From the NCBI GenBank assembly GCA_040222015.1, contig JAVJWO010000153.1:1-64000 (forward strand): DNA of 64,000 nt, read 5' to 3'. Under the pieces are notes generated by a model. The model was given only the letters and a program-made list of their open reading frames with translations. It was not told the origin of the DNA and did not search any database. Source of the stretch: Coleofasciculus chthonoplastes F2-STO-03 (lineage in GTDB: Bacteria; Cyanobacteriota; Cyanobacteriia; Cyanobacteriales; Coleofasciculaceae). Below are positions 9,604 to 20,291 of this stretch, piece after piece. Both the position numbers and the translations under genes were made by a program. The stretch's first letter is position 1. Each line of letters opens with the position of its first letter.

Positions 9604-10464
9604 TTACCAAGGATATCCCAGTTTAGACATTGTTGGTTCCATGATTTCCTTAATCTCTTGGAGGATAGTTTGATCTAATGAATCTTTCCACTTATGCGTT
9701 CGAGATGGGTCAGCAGTTGCCCTGGCATAATTGATGATCGGCTCAGGAGAATCTAATTCAGCAAAATTCGCAATTTCATGAATTTTCTCCTGAGGTGAAC
9801 TGACCAAGTCCTCATAGCGTATTTCGAGGTAATTTTCTGGAGCCAACCTTCTGCCTTCACCAATCGCTATTTCCATTGTTTCAGACCACTGTTTTGCCAG
9901 TAAAGCTTCACGAGAATATTGGTTTACCCATTCTTGCCATCCTGGGGGTTTTGCTCCCCAGTAATCCAAGGGGATACCCACCATTCGTTTTAAACGAGAG
10001 GTGATCCGAGGTAAAAATACCGACCATTCCCAAACCGAAACTTCTTTGAGTCGAGAATAGGCTTCCTGCCAAGGAACACCCTTGGGACGATTTAATTCTT
10101 TCTTCGTCGAATTAATTACGGAACGCCCATCCCTAAGTAACAGAATAATTTTGGCATCAGGAAAAACCGCTTGGATAAAAGAAATGCGTAGACAATTCCT
10201 GGGAGTCTTATCGCAAATGCGCTTTTTATTATATTTCTCCAGATAGTCATTAAATTTTTTTTGAATATAACGTTGGATTTTGGGATTCAGATCCTTATCC
10301 GTGAGGTGATCATCGGGTTTATGGGTATTGCCCCACATCCAAATATTACTAATCTCTGCCCAGCCAGCCAGATCAGGATGTTGGTCAAAGGCTTTGCCTA
10401 ACCACGTTGTTCCTGAACGGGGAGCGCCGAGAATAAAAATAGGTTTTTCAACTGACATGAGCAA
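9604..10464 (-). CDS. Sulfotransferase
   Basis: 5'-PSB IFILGAPRSGTTWL; DKTPRN; 3'-PB LLRDGRSVINS; IRYEDLV. Confidence 0.92.
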   Translation of the reverse strand: MLMSVEKPIFILGAPRSGTTWLGKAFDQHPDLAGWAEISNIWMWGNTHKPDDHLTDKDLNPKIQRYIQKKFNDYLEKYNKKRICDKTPRNCLRISFIQAVFPDAKIILLLRDGRSVINSTKKELNRPKGVPWQEAYSRLKEVSVWEWSVFLPRITSRLKRMVGIPLDYWGAKPPGWQEWVNQYSREALLAKQWSETMEIAIGEGRRLAPENYLEIRYEDLVSSPQEKIHEIANFAELDSPEPIINYARATADPSRTHKWKDSLDQTILQEIKEIMEPTMSKLGYPW

Positions 10465-10506
10465 CCTCCAGTTTAGTTACAAAATAAGCGTTATTAATAG
10501 CTTTTA

Positions 10507-11955
10507 TTATTTCAATGAATTCAGTTGATTTTGCGACAAAGACTCTCTCAACTTTATTTGACGTTGATGGTGGTGATACTGATGAGCAGCTAGACCAATT
10601 CCCAAAAATCCCCAAAGAACTGTACCCGATACGCCTAACATCGGCACATTAATTGGCAGTCTGACCAAGGCGCTAATCACAGCGGCACGCGCCGCAACGG
10701 CAAAAGTATCGAAACCCACCTCAGAACTTTGGCACAAACTAAAAACAAGTAAGCTCATTCCTCCCATATAAAAAATAGTGCCAATCCAGCCCAACTGGAA
10801 AAGCATTACCAAAATCGAGTTATCCGTCGCTACACCACCGATTCCAACACCGACAACACTGGTCAGTGCGTCTCCAAAGACCATTTTAAAGTAAGCCTGT
10901 CTGTTCTGAAAGCTATTGTCATCCTCAAGACTTGAAAATGTTTCCAATCGCTCACTCACTTTGTCCGAGAAGGGTTCCAGAGTTGATAACGGAATAACCA
11001 GAATTAGAATCGCCAAAAGGGTAATAATTAAACGGATGCGGTGCTTTGGCTTCAAAGAACTGATCAGCGTCAATAATCCTGCCAACCAACCCAGCCAACT
11101 CGAACGGGCAAAGGTGAGCAATAAGGCTGAATAACCAGCGACTGAAGCCAGCACCCCTAAAACTTTTTGTTGATTGTTACTTAATAACAGTAGCAAACTA
11201 GCTGCCATCATCGCGGCAAAAGGTTCGGTCGAATTGAGTGTACTCCACACCCGGAATCCAAAAGGTTCAGGACTGCCAGAGGTTGTGAATCCTGTATTGA
11301 TTAACCAAAATCGATCCCACTCCGGCATCGTCACATACTGTATGATTCCATACACTCCCATCACCAATACACCCCAGACAAAAACGCGCTGAATATTTTG
11401 GCGGTAATCGGGGTAATTGCGCCAATTTAAAAATAAGTGATATCCTAACAGGACTGGTGCTAGCCACTCCAACAAGGCAAGGAAAGCCGCAACAGGAGTC
11501 TTTAAAATAAATCCCACGCAAAAGCCATAGAATACACCAACACTAGAGAAAACAAAAGGTAAGCTACCTTGGCGATGGGTTTGGGGCAGATTCTGCCAGA
11601 GGGTGATCAGGGTAATTAACGTGACTAAGAAAGGGGCTAATAGAATCGGGCTGGGATTACTAAAGCCACTGCGATAATCGGCTAAACGGCGAACCAATGG
11701 TGTCAAAAACCACATCCACCAGCTAAAACCAATGTAAAGGACTGGATAGCGAAAATAGAGGAACAAGCCGACGGCAAAAGCCCCTGCTGGAAACGCCAGA
11801 TTGAGTATTTTGCCAGCACCTGCTAGAATGCACAGCGCACATAAAAAGACCAGTGCTAATATAGCTATCCAAGCTGGCGCGGGTTGCAGAGTCAGTCGAA
11901 TATTTGTAGGTAGGATTTTATCGCTCACCTCGAAGCACCTATTTTTGTCGGACAA
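10507..11955 (-). CDS. Wzy/O-antigen ligase-like polytopic membrane protein
   Basis: About 12 hydrophobic helices; RVWSTLNS and LLLTFARSSWLG motifs; periplasmic loop SFQNR; position in the cluster. Confidence 0.8.
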   Translation of the reverse strand: MSDKNRCFEVSDKILPTNIRLTLQPAPAWIAILALVFLCALCILAGAGKILNLAFPAGAFAVGLFLYFRYPVLYIGFSWWMWFLTPLVRRLADYRSGFSNPSPILLAPFLVTLITLITLWQNLPQTHRQGSLPFVFSSVGVFYGFCVGFILKTPVAAFLALLEWLAPVLLGYHLFLNWRNYPDYRQNIQRVFVWGVLVMGVYGIIQYVTMPEWDRFWLINTGFTTSGSPEPFGFRVWSTLNSTEPFAAMMAASLLLLLSNNQQKVLGVLASVAGYSALLLTFARSSWLGWLAGLLTLISSLKPKHRIRLIITLLAILILVIPLSTLEPFSDKVSERLETFSSLEDDNSFQNRQAYFKMVFGDALTSVVGVGIGGVATDNSILVMLFQLGWIGTIFYMGGMSLLVFSLCQSSEVGFDTFAVAARAAVISALVRLPINVPMLGVSGTVLWGFLGIGLAAHQYHHHQRQIKLRESLSQNQLNSLK

Positions 11956-12077
11956 TATCGGTTCAGGAATCGAATCATCACTAAGTTTTGTAAATAGTCC
12001 TCAAACCCTGACAAATGACAAATGACAAATGACGTAGCTCCACCGTTAGCTTTTATTGTGTCCACCTACTTAACTAG

Positions 12078-12184
12078 TGCAAGAAGGCAGAAATAACTGA
12101 ACAGCTAATATCTCCCCCCGCTCCCCCTGCTCCCCCTGCTTCATCGTATCTACGAAGCTGCTCAAGTATTTTTGCCAAGCTGCA
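12078..12184. mobile_element. CTAG-flanked MITE
   Basis: CTAG on both sides (12074-12077, 12185-12188); imperfect TIR TGCAAGAAGGCAGAAATA / TGCAGCTTGGCAAAAATA; inverted sister copy at 52623-52721. Confidence 0.8.
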
Positions 12185-13120
12185 CTAGCTAACTCTCGAC
12201 TCTTGCCAAGTTAACCACCCTTGCCATCGTCCTTGTATGGATGCTAACCATTGTTGTCCGGCTAAGGAACCTTGACTGGGTAAAAATCGCAACCATTGCA
12301 CAAAACCGGGATATTTTCTGGTTCCGACTAAAATTGCCCATACTATAAAAATAATCCGCTGTAAACGTGGCAAATGTTCTAACAAAGCTAAGGTTTCATT
12401 ATGGACAGCATTGGTTAAGGCAATGGCATGAAATTGATGGCGTTGGTCTTCGTCAAAACGCGGTGCTGGATAGTGATTGACGACAACATTTGGATCGTAA
12501 ATTAGCCTCCAGCCGTTTCGTTTTAATGCCAAACAAAAGGGAACTTCAAAGTCTACCTGCGCTCCTGTCCCACGCATTCTTGTGTCAAAACGTAGTGCTT
12601 TAATTGCACTCTGGCGAAAACTCATATTAACTCCCTTAAAAACATCAACGTATCGGGCTGTACCGACACCAAGATGATGATTGCCAATTAAGCGTCCAAA
12701 CCATTGCAGGCGACCAACAACCTCTTTAGTTTCAGTGGTAAATAGTTCACCGTGGTCATAAATCATGTCGCGCCCCCCGACACCACCAATGCGCGGATCA
12801 GACAGAAAATGATGTTCAATTCGTGCTAACCAATCGGTATGGGGAGCCGCATCGTCGTCGGTAAAGGCAATAATGTCTCCCTGGGCAACGTCCAAACCTG
12901 CATTCATTGCTGCCACCACTCCTGGCACCTTTACTTTTACAGTACGCAGGGGCAGAATGTTAGGGTCAAAGGTTTCAACGAATTGCCAGGTTTCCGTATC
13001 TGTATCACGGATAATCACCAAGACTTGATTAGCCGGTCGAGTTTGCTTTTGCAGTGCCTCCAGACAGCGTTTTAGGTCTGGCAGACGGCGATAGGTGGGT
13101 ATGGTAACGGTGATAATCAT
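12185..13120 (-). CDS. Glycosyltransferase family 2
   Basis: ITVTIPTYRR; AMNAGL; IIAFTDDD (DxD); GVNMSFR. Confidence 0.93.
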   Translation of the reverse strand: MIITVTIPTYRRLPDLKRCLEALQKQTRPANQVLVIIRDTDTETWQFVETFDPNILPLRTVKVKVPGVVAAMNAGLDVAQGDIIAFTDDDAAPHTDWLARIEHHFLSDPRIGGVGGRDMIYDHGELFTTETKEVVGRLQWFGRLIGNHHLGVGTARYVDVFKGVNMSFRQSAIKALRFDTRMRGTGAQVDFEVPFCLALKRNGWRLIYDPNVVVNHYPAPRFDEDQRHQFHAIALTNAVHNETLALLEHLPRLQRIIFIVWAILVGTRKYPGFVQWLRFLPSQGSLAGQQWLASIQGRWQGWLTWQESRVS

Positions 13121-13168
13121 TAATATTTTTTAAAAGTTTGGTTGTGCTAAATAATAATAAAATAAATA

Positions 13169-14293
13169 TTAATTATAGCCTAATAATTTAAATATTTTAA
13201 CATAACTCTGTGCCATATTTGCCCAGCTATGTTGTTCTGCTTTACTGCGGGCAGATTGACCCATCTGTTTTCTCTTTTCTGGAGTTCTTGTGAGGATCTT
13301 TAGGGCTTGGATTAACGCCGGTGTATCATCCGGATCAGATAAAACGATGCCACAATCTGGGGTAACAATTTCTGCACCACCTGCTGTGGCGGCGGTAATC
13401 ACCGGGAGTCCAGACGCCATCGCTTCGAGTAACACCAGTGTGCAAGCTTCATATCGCGAGGGAAACACAAATAAATCCACGGCGTTCATGATTTCGGCAA
13501 TATCTGTGCGATAGCCGAGAAAATGAACTCGTTGACTTAGATTCAGTTTTTGGGTGAGCTGAAGATAGGGACTTCCGGCTGTACTGCCAGCAACGGCTAG
13601 GTGTAACTCAGGAACCTCGACTAAGGCGTGCAGCACCGTATCTAAGTTTTTTCGAGGGGTGCGGATGTCTCCAGCAAAAAACGCCAGGGTAACGCCTTCG
13701 GGAAGTCCAAGTGGAGTGCGATCGCGTCGTGTGGGACAAAACTCTTGCAAATCAACCCCATTTAAGATCACCTGAATAGACTGGGGTGGGATTCCCATTT
13801 CTACCAGTTCCTGTTTCACCTGTTGTGAAACCGCCACAACTACTTTGGCTTCGATAAATGCCTGTTTTTCCCAGCCAGCATTCAGCTTCGTGTAAAGCCA
13901 CTGATAGAACCCATAGAGATCACGCCGGATGCGCCAAGTATGCACACGCGATCGCAGCCAGGAACTGTGGACGAAATGTACGGCGTTAACATCTCCAGGA
14001 CTACTCGTGATCGCACCATTAACTTTGACCACATCCAGTTCATCCCGGTGCTGGCTTAACCACTCAGCACTTCGCCAGGAAAAAACCAGATTTCGTAGCA
14101 ATGCTGTGGGCAATTTCTGGACAGAGATATTAATCCACTGAACCTGACTATGGTGTTGTAAGTCGAGCGCAATCTGACTTGCGATGAGGGTGACGTGATG
14201 ACCGAGACGGATCGCTTCTTTGACTACTTCATAATTGACTCTGCCTTGACCATCGCCTTTATCCACACGATGGGTAACAATACCAAGTTTCAT
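13169..14293 (-). CDS. Glycosyltransferase family 4
   Basis: MKLGIVTH start (ATG 14293 preferred); RKNL; FVFPSRYEACTLVLLEAMASGLP. Confidence 0.92.
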   Translation of the reverse strand: MKLGIVTHRVDKGDGQGRVNYEVVKEAIRLGHHVTLIASQIALDLQHHSQVQWINISVQKLPTALLRNLVFSWRSAEWLSQHRDELDVVKVNGAITSSPGDVNAVHFVHSSWLRSRVHTWRIRRDLYGFYQWLYTKLNAGWEKQAFIEAKVVVAVSQQVKQELVEMGIPPQSIQVILNGVDLQEFCPTRRDRTPLGLPEGVTLAFFAGDIRTPRKNLDTVLHALVEVPELHLAVAGSTAGSPYLQLTQKLNLSQRVHFLGYRTDIAEIMNAVDLFVFPSRYEACTLVLLEAMASGLPVITAATAGGAEIVTPDCGIVLSDPDDTPALIQALKILTRTPEKRKQMGQSARSKAEQHSWANMAQSYVKIFKLLGYN

Positions 14294-14425
14294 AATAGAT
14301 TTGTCATTTGTTGATTGTTCATATAGCAATCCTATTTGAGTCGTGTCCAAAAATATGATGATTTTCGGGAATGGGGAATGGGCAATGGGGAATGGGCAAT
14401 GGGAAAGAGTTTCAAGGCTTTTTTC

Positions 14426-15316
14426 CTATTCTAGCCAAGCCGAAAGGTCTCGCTGTATAAGCGTTTGCAGTTTCTCAATATCTTCTCGATAAACTTCGAT
14501 CAACTCTTGACGAATTTCAGGTAATAGAGTTGGTTTAGCTCCTAAATTTTTCTTTTTGACCCTCTCGCGAATGGCAAGACGCAATTTTTCTGAAAATAAA
14601 GGTTTAAACGCTGATTTTAGCGGATTATCTTTAGTAAACAGGTTCTGTAACCATCTTCGTTTAGGAATCCCTGATATATTTTCTCTTTTGAAGTCCGGAA
14701 TAAACGTATCATCTATCGCTAAAAATCGATAAATATCTTGAACAACAGTCAAGCCATCTGATGCTAGATTATCATACAAATATAGTCTCATCTGTTCGGG
14801 TTCAAAACCATCCAAATATCGTTTAACCTGACTGGAATAAAATCCCACTTGTTTGTAGTGCCATCCGGGTCTAAACCCCGCTTTAATCCGCTTTTCTTCT
14901 GCTTGAAGGGCTTGCTGAAACGTCAACGTTTCAACGCCATCTCGAAACTGATAGAGAAACGCCGAAAACGCTCGTTCTACCGGATTGCGAAGGATGGCAA
15001 TGAGTTTAGCCTTGGGGATGTGGCTTTTGATCCGTTCCGGCGCTTTAGGAATATAGAGATATTCAGTAGACGCTTCCCCAATAGCGATTTCAGTCGAAAC
15101 ACCTTGAAAGAGTTGACAATATTGTTCTAACGTCAAAGCCGTTCTGCGCCCATTATCTCTAACTCCGTTATTATAAATACTATAAAGCTCTGGGGTGAAA
15201 AACCGGGGTTCTTTCACCGGACTCATATAAACTTGGGGATGCTGATTTAAGTAGGAATAGAGGGAAGTCGTTCCCGCTTTAGCTGCACCAATAATCAGAA
15301 AATTCGGCATTATCAT
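14426..15316 (-). CDS. Sulfotransferase (heparan-sulfate-ST-like PSB loop)
   Basis: PNFLIIGAAKAGTTSLY; KEP; GEAST; LRNPVERAFS. Confidence 0.93.
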   Translation of the reverse strand: MIMPNFLIIGAAKAGTTSLYSYLNQHPQVYMSPVKEPRFFTPELYSIYNNGVRDNGRRTALTLEQYCQLFQGVSTEIAIGEASTEYLYIPKAPERIKSHIPKAKLIAILRNPVERAFSAFLYQFRDGVETLTFQQALQAEEKRIKAGFRPGWHYKQVGFYSSQVKRYLDGFEPEQMRLYLYDNLASDGLTVVQDIYRFLAIDDTFIPDFKRENISGIPKRRWLQNLFTKDNPLKSAFKPLFSEKLRLAIRERVKKKNLGAKPTLLPEIRQELIEVYREDIEKLQTLIQRDLSAWLE

Positions 15317-15357
15317 CGTTCATAACCGGGTACAGTGAACACTGACGTTTTGACTTA

Positions 15358-15580
15358 TACCGAGTTGCGTTCTATCATGTCTAGGAACAGCGTTGCGTGA
15401 AGCGAAGCTATAGCGAGGAACGAGATACGCGAATCTGGATAGATGCGCGAGCGTCACTCCGTTTCACGGAGCCTGCCCTCGAAGGTCGTGAAGGGTTCTG
15501 CAGATGCTTCGTTTCGTTCCTCCGCTTCGCTCCGGACTCCACTCAGCATGACAGATTCTACCTTAGACTGCAACTTGGTA
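15358..15580. mobile_element. MITE with TTA target duplication
   Basis: TTA|TACCGAGTTGC...GCAACTTGGTA|TTA; internal GAAGCGAAG/CTTCGCT palindromic repeats. Confidence 0.85.
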
Positions 15581-15586
15581 TTAGCT

Positions 15587-16465
15587 CTATAAATAACCAT
15601 AAAGTGCTAGTTCGGACTTAGCAACTTGTTCAGCGGCGGCAATTTCGGCGCGATCGCGTCGTTTATAGATGCTGATTGAGCTGGTTCTGGCTTGCTGGAA
15701 TTTCTGACGCAACTGATGATTCAGGCTACAGCCAAAATGAGCAATAACGGCTTCTCCATAGTGAATTGGATCACGCGCTAAGTCTTCATATTTCAATAAC
15801 AAGACCCGGTTACTGGCAATAATATCGGGACGAGAAAAAAACTCATAACAGCGGCGTACCATTTCTTTCCACATCCAAATCGCTCTGACGTAAGGTGTCG
15901 CCGCCAGAAATTCTGCTTCTAAACCTTGGTCAACCCACCAAGGAACATAACGGTGATCATATTTACGACCAAGAGGGACTTCGGCTGTCCGCAAGTGGGT
16001 TAGCTTTTCATCCGTCAATACATCGTATTTTCGGGTCAGAGAATCGGCACAATCTCGACCATCGCGGTAGATATGGACAATGCGACAATTGGGTAAAGCC
16101 TTGTAGGTAAACTCTGGGGCAAAACTGAGAAAAGGCTCTTTATAAATAATCCGTTCGATGACTCGTTTTCGTTGCAACGCCTGAATCAGTTCTGTTGTCC
16201 CCATTGACTGAGTTAGCCATCTGTGAATTGCCGAAACCCGTTCTTCGGAAATGGATTCGATAAAATCGATTAAAGAGAACTCAAATCCAGTCAAGAGCGC
16301 TTGATAAGTTTCGGCAGAGAGGTCACAATTGATCAGGTGGGGAATGACAATTGGTAGTAAATGCCCAGCCATACATTCTGACTGAGGTAAAGCCTTGAGA
16401 GAATCGAGTAAAAAAGTTGTTCCTGAGCGGGGACAACCTAAAATCACATTATAGTCAATGTCCAT
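15587..16465 (-). CDS. Sulfotransferase
   Basis: ILGCPRSGTTFL; YKEP; HIYRDGRDCADS; LKYEDL. Confidence 0.9.
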   Translation of the reverse strand: MDIDYNVILGCPRSGTTFLLDSLKALPQSECMAGHLLPIVIPHLINCDLSAETYQALLTGFEFSLIDFIESISEERVSAIHRWLTQSMGTTELIQALQRKRVIERIIYKEPFLSFAPEFTYKALPNCRIVHIYRDGRDCADSLTRKYDVLTDEKLTHLRTAEVPLGRKYDHRYVPWWVDQGLEAEFLAATPYVRAIWMWKEMVRRCYEFFSRPDIIASNRVLLLKYEDLARDPIHYGEAVIAHFGCSLNHQLRQKFQQARTSSISIYKRRDRAEIAAAEQVAKSELALYGYL

Positions 16466-16498
16466 GGCTGACGATGCTCCCTCTATTAAACTATTACT

Positions 16499-19400
16499 TT
16501 AAAAGACCACAATATCGGCAAAACTGATGTTGGCTTGGTTAGACAAAGTTGCTAGCAAGAGTTGCTCACTACCGCCAGCGCCATCGATATCAAAAAAGAG
16601 ATTACCTGTACTTTGGTCATAAATAAAGCGATCTTCGCTATTTAACGCTGTTGTTCCCAGGACAAACTGTTCTGCGCCAAGAACACCTTTTACCAGATCA
16701 CCACCCAGCTTTTCTCCCTTGACCTGAATTGTGTCATCCGCCACAGAGAAGTCAGTAATCGTGTCTACTCCATCCGTTGTTCGGAAAAAACGGAATCTAT
16801 CAGAACCTTCACCTCCTGTAAGCGTGTCATTGCCGAACCCACCAATAAGTAAGTCATTTCCTAAACCACCATTGAGAATATCATCACTAAACCCCCCATT
16901 AAGGTTATCATTATCAGCATCGCCGTTAAGAATATCCTCACCCCCAGCGCCATGAAGCACGTCCCGCTTATCTCCGCCATTTAGGATGTCTTTACCGTCT
17001 GCGCCCTTGAGGATGTCCCTGCCATTAAAGCCGTTGATGATATTATCACCATCAGTACCGTCAAGCGTATCATCACCAGCCGTACCATTTATGGTGTTAT
17101 CTTCTAGAATCGGGATAAACTCAAGATAATTAAGATTAAAATCCCCGTTGAGAATATCGACTCGTAATTGCTGAGAGCCAGCAGAAAGATTAAGACCTTC
17201 GACACCTACATTTTGCCAGGTCTGCCAGTCACCCGTTTTATCAAATTCAAAGGTTTCTGTTTGTCCATCGACTGTAACATTGAAACTGTGAATGCCATGC
17301 TTGCCACTGGCGACACGAGCCACTAAATTATATAAACCGGACTCCGGTACAGTGAAGTCGTAGGTCAGCCATTCTCCAGCGTCAGTCCAGCCAATGTTGT
17401 AACCTCCACCCACATCAGAGGTGGCTTGAATATCCACCTCATCATTGCGATAAGCACCGCCAAAATTCTTTTTCGTGGTGTCATAATAACTGATACCCTG
17501 ACCGCCAGTTGCGTAGTCTTCAGCTTCAATTCGGATAGACGTGTTGGTGAACGGGTTAATTGTCAGACTTACTGTGGCGGTATCTGTACTCTGGAGATCA
17601 TCAACCTGATACACAAATTGATCAGTACCTGTGAAATCTACAGCCGGGGTATAGGTGATAAAATCGTCGCTCAAATCATCAGGGGTATCGTTGTCATCAA
17701 CTACGGCAGTACCGTTAGTGGGAGGGGTCACGATACTCAGCGAGAGTACATCTGCCTCAGCATCGCTATCGTTACTCAACACATCGATATTGACAGGTGT
17801 ATTTTCAGTAGTGGTTACATCGTCATCTATGGCGATTGGAGCCGTATTTACGTCGCTATTGTCTGCTTCTAAAACTGTAATTAATTGATTCGCTGAGATG
17901 TTTTCCAGCGTTTGAACAATCCCACTGGGCCAATGAATTTCTAATAAATCTACTTGAGTATTCTCAGCCAGTCCAAAATGGATGCGCTGGTGATTTTGCG
18001 CCCACTTATGAATTCCTCCAGATTGTTCACGCAGTTGGGTCACGCCTCCAGCAGTCACAAACACTCGTGCGCCAATTCCGTCTCGGTTTGAGACTGTGCC
18101 TTCTAGGTCAATTTGCAGCCAGTTATTGCTATTGCCTTGGTTACGGAAAAGCTGGTGGGGACCATCATCACTGAACAAGGGCGTGCCTTCCACAAAACCA
18201 TTGGTGACGAATAAGTCGAGAAAACCATCGAGATCATAGTCAGCAGTCGTTACTGAGTCACCCAACCCCAACGCCGAACCAGCGGCTCCCCCGGCATTTG
18301 ACACCGAAATAAATGTGCCATCCCCTTGATTCTCAAGCAGGATATTTTCCCGGTTTAAAGCAGACCCTGTGGCAACAATATAGAGATCTACATCCATATC
18401 ATTGTCAAAATCACCAGCCGTTACGCTGTTGCCAGCACTATTAATGGTATTGATACCAGCTTCGCTACTAAAATCTACTAATCCTTGATCTGTATTGATC
18501 AAAAGTCGATCTGATGGGAAAGAAGGATTCGGATTAAAACCCAAAGCCGCCAATTCCGAAATCGGCTGAGTCGCTTCAACCCGAATGGCTTCTCGATTAA
18601 TGGAGTTAAAGATTTGCCAACGCTGTAGGCTAGCATCATAGCCAATATAAACGCCTTGATCAACACCGGGAGTATGAGGATAAATACCGACTACATTTGG
18701 ATCATCTGGAGATAAGGTAAATTCACTAAAGTTGTCAACGGGAGTAGGATTAAATCCGCTAGATCCGATGAAAATCTTGTCAGCGGACGCCAAGGCAAAT
18801 TTAAAAGTAACCTCTCCCGTGGTGTTGAATTGGACACCTGGCTCGTCGCCATTTGAGCGAAAAAATACGCTCATATCGTTAGGTGTCACTTGACCTAACT
18901 CTGCCTGCGCCCCTCGACGTGGCAAATAGAGATCGGGTAGTAGATCACCATTAAAGTCAGCCGAAACGACATCACTACCTGTGAGTAAATGGGTACTCGA
19001 TAATAAACTCGACGTTATGTCTGTAAACGGTGTGGAAGTCGTGTCGAAAATCGTTTGGTTTTGGGACAATACGAGATCTAAATTCCCATCTCCTGATAGA
19101 TCGGATAGGGTGCCAAATTTTATAGTCTCTGATTCAAGTCCTGGGACGATAACCGAACCAACATTCTCAAAACCATTACTGGTTTGGCGAAAAACTGTTG
19201 TCGGGTCAAGACCATCTGATCTGGCGGTGGAGCCATGGAAAAGGTCGAGCAAACCATCGTTATCAAAATCCAACCAAATAGGTCCTTGTGCCTTGGCACT
19301 GGCGTAAGCTAGACCTAATTCTGGCGCACGATCTCTAAGTACACCTCCCTCATTGACAAACAATAAATTCGGTTCAGTTGTCGGTGAACCAACAAGCTGT

Positions 19401-19861
19401 AACAAATCCTGGTCTCCATCATTATCAAAATCTGCCCATGCCGAGCCATGATGATCAGTATTCGTTAACTCCTGGGCTGAAAAGACCGTATCCGTAATAT
19501 CGGTAAAGGTACCATCTTTCTGGTTGAGATATAAAATGCCAGGATGATTAAAGTGATTATTAACCCACAGATCAGGAAAACTGTCTCCGTTGAAATCTCC
19601 CCAAGCAGAACCATAAGTCAGTCCAGCATAAGATATTCCCGCTTCATTGGTGACGTCTTCAAAACGAATAGTAGTAGTGGATGTTACATTATCATCTGTG
19701 GAAGTTGTGCTACTCGTTTCCACGTCCTGATTTGACGCCACTATGTCTATAAGTGACTGATTCAGGAGTAAATTTTGCTCGGCTGTGACTTGCTCTTGCT
19801 CAAATGAAGTTTCAGTATTCGGATCAACCTTAGAATATAATAAATTACAAATTACACACAT
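16499..19861 (-). CDS. FG-GAP/ASPIC-UnbV + Ig-like + CBM6-like + RTX Ca-binding repeat protein
   Basis: Seven FG-GAP motifs (e.g. AWGDFNGD, WADFDNDGD); NRDGIGARV...IHFGL...IHWPSG (ASPIC); NTAPIAIDD...IDVLSND; RIEAEDY...GEWLTY...GDWQTW...FNLNYLEF; GGxGxD nonapeptides. Confidence 0.88.
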   Translation of the reverse strand: MCVICNLLYSKVDPNTETSFEQEQVTAEQNLLLNQSLIDIVASNQDVETSSTTSTDDNVTSTTTIRFEDVTNEAGISYAGLTYGSAWGDFNGDSFPDLWVNNHFNHPGILYLNQKDGTFTDITDTVFSAQELTNTDHHGSAWADFDNDGDQDLLQLVGSPTTEPNLLFVNEGGVLRDRAPELGLAYASAKAQGPIWLDFDNDGLLDLFHGSTARSDGLDPTTVFRQTSNGFENVGSVIVPGLESETIKFGTLSDLSGDGNLDLVLSQNQTIFDTTSTPFTDITSSLLSSTHLLTGSDVVSADFNGDLLPDLYLPRRGAQAELGQVTPNDMSVFFRSNGDEPGVQFNTTGEVTFKFALASADKIFIGSSGFNPTPVDNFSEFTLSPDDPNVVGIYPHTPGVDQGVYIGYDASLQRWQIFNSINREAIRVEATQPISELAALGFNPNPSFPSDRLLINTDQGLVDFSSEAGINTINSAGNSVTAGDFDNDMDVDLYIVATGSALNRENILLENQGDGTFISVSNAGGAAGSALGLGDSVTTADYDLDGFLDLFVTNGFVEGTPLFSDDGPHQLFRNQGNSNNWLQIDLEGTVSNRDGIGARVFVTAGGVTQLREQSGGIHKWAQNHQRIHFGLAENTQVDLLEIHWPSGIVQTLENISANQLITVLEADNSDVNTAPIAIDDDVTTTENTPVNIDVLSNDSDAEADVLSLSIVTPPTNGTAVVDDNDTPDDLSDDFITYTPAVDFTGTDQFVYQVDDLQSTDTATVSLTINPFTNTSIRIEAEDYATGGQGISYYDTTKKNFGGAYRNDEVDIQATSDVGGGYNIGWTDAGEWLTYDFTVPESGLYNLVARVASGKHGIHSFNVTVDGQTETFEFDKTGDWQTWQNVGVEGLNLSAGSQQLRVDILNGDFNLNYLEFIPILEDNTINGTAGDDTLDGTDGDNIINGFNGRDILKGADGKDILNGGDKRDVLHGAGGEDILNGDADNDNLNGGFSDDILNGGLGNDLLIGGFGNDTLTGGEGSDRFRFFRTTDGVDTITDFSVADDTIQVKGEKLGGDLVKGVLGAEQFVLGTTALNSEDRFIYDQSTGNLFFDIDGAGGSEQLLLATLSNQANISFADIVVF

Positions 19862-20070
19862 AATCCTGGGAAATTAATTGTCATTTATAGATTTGTTTTT
19901 ATGTTAACCCTTTAAAAAAAGCAAAATCAAGTAAATATTTAAACTTCATCAAAACTTCATCTTAATACTTCCAGGACTTACGCAGCTATACCATATATAG
20001 TGCTAAAGGTGCGTTACGCGACCCTATCGCACCCTACTGGCGTAACACAGCTAAAATAGTGGAATAGGTT

Positions 20071-20100
20071 GTAGGTTGGGTTGACGTAAGGAAACCCAAC
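20071..20100. repeat. GTAG-type short hairpin repeat
   Basis: GTAGGTTGGGTTGACGTAAGGAAACCCAAC; near-identical copy at 46316-46345. Confidence 0.75.
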
Positions 20101-20115
20101 GGAATCTAGGGCTAA

Positions 20116-20265
20116 TACCAAGTTGCAGTCTAAGGTAGAATCTGTCATGCTGAGCAGAATGCAGTGAAACCCTTCACTTCGTTCGAGGGCAGGCTCCATG
20201 ACGCTCGCGCATCTGTCCAGATTCTTCGCTTCGCTCAGAATGACATGATAGAACGCAACTTGGTA
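20116..20265. mobile_element. MITE with TAA target duplication (same family as 15358-15580, inverted)
   Basis: TAA|TACCAAGTTGC...GCAACTTGGTA|TAA; its ends are reverse complements of the 15358-15580 ends. Confidence 0.85.
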
Positions 20266-20291
20266 TAAGGTTCCCTTACTACAATACTCAA

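Noticed and set aside
15355..20268. Composite transposon carrying the RTX/ASPIC gene
   Set aside because: Each MITE has its own target duplication (TTA/TTA and TAA/TAA) and the outer flanks differ, so they are independent insertions
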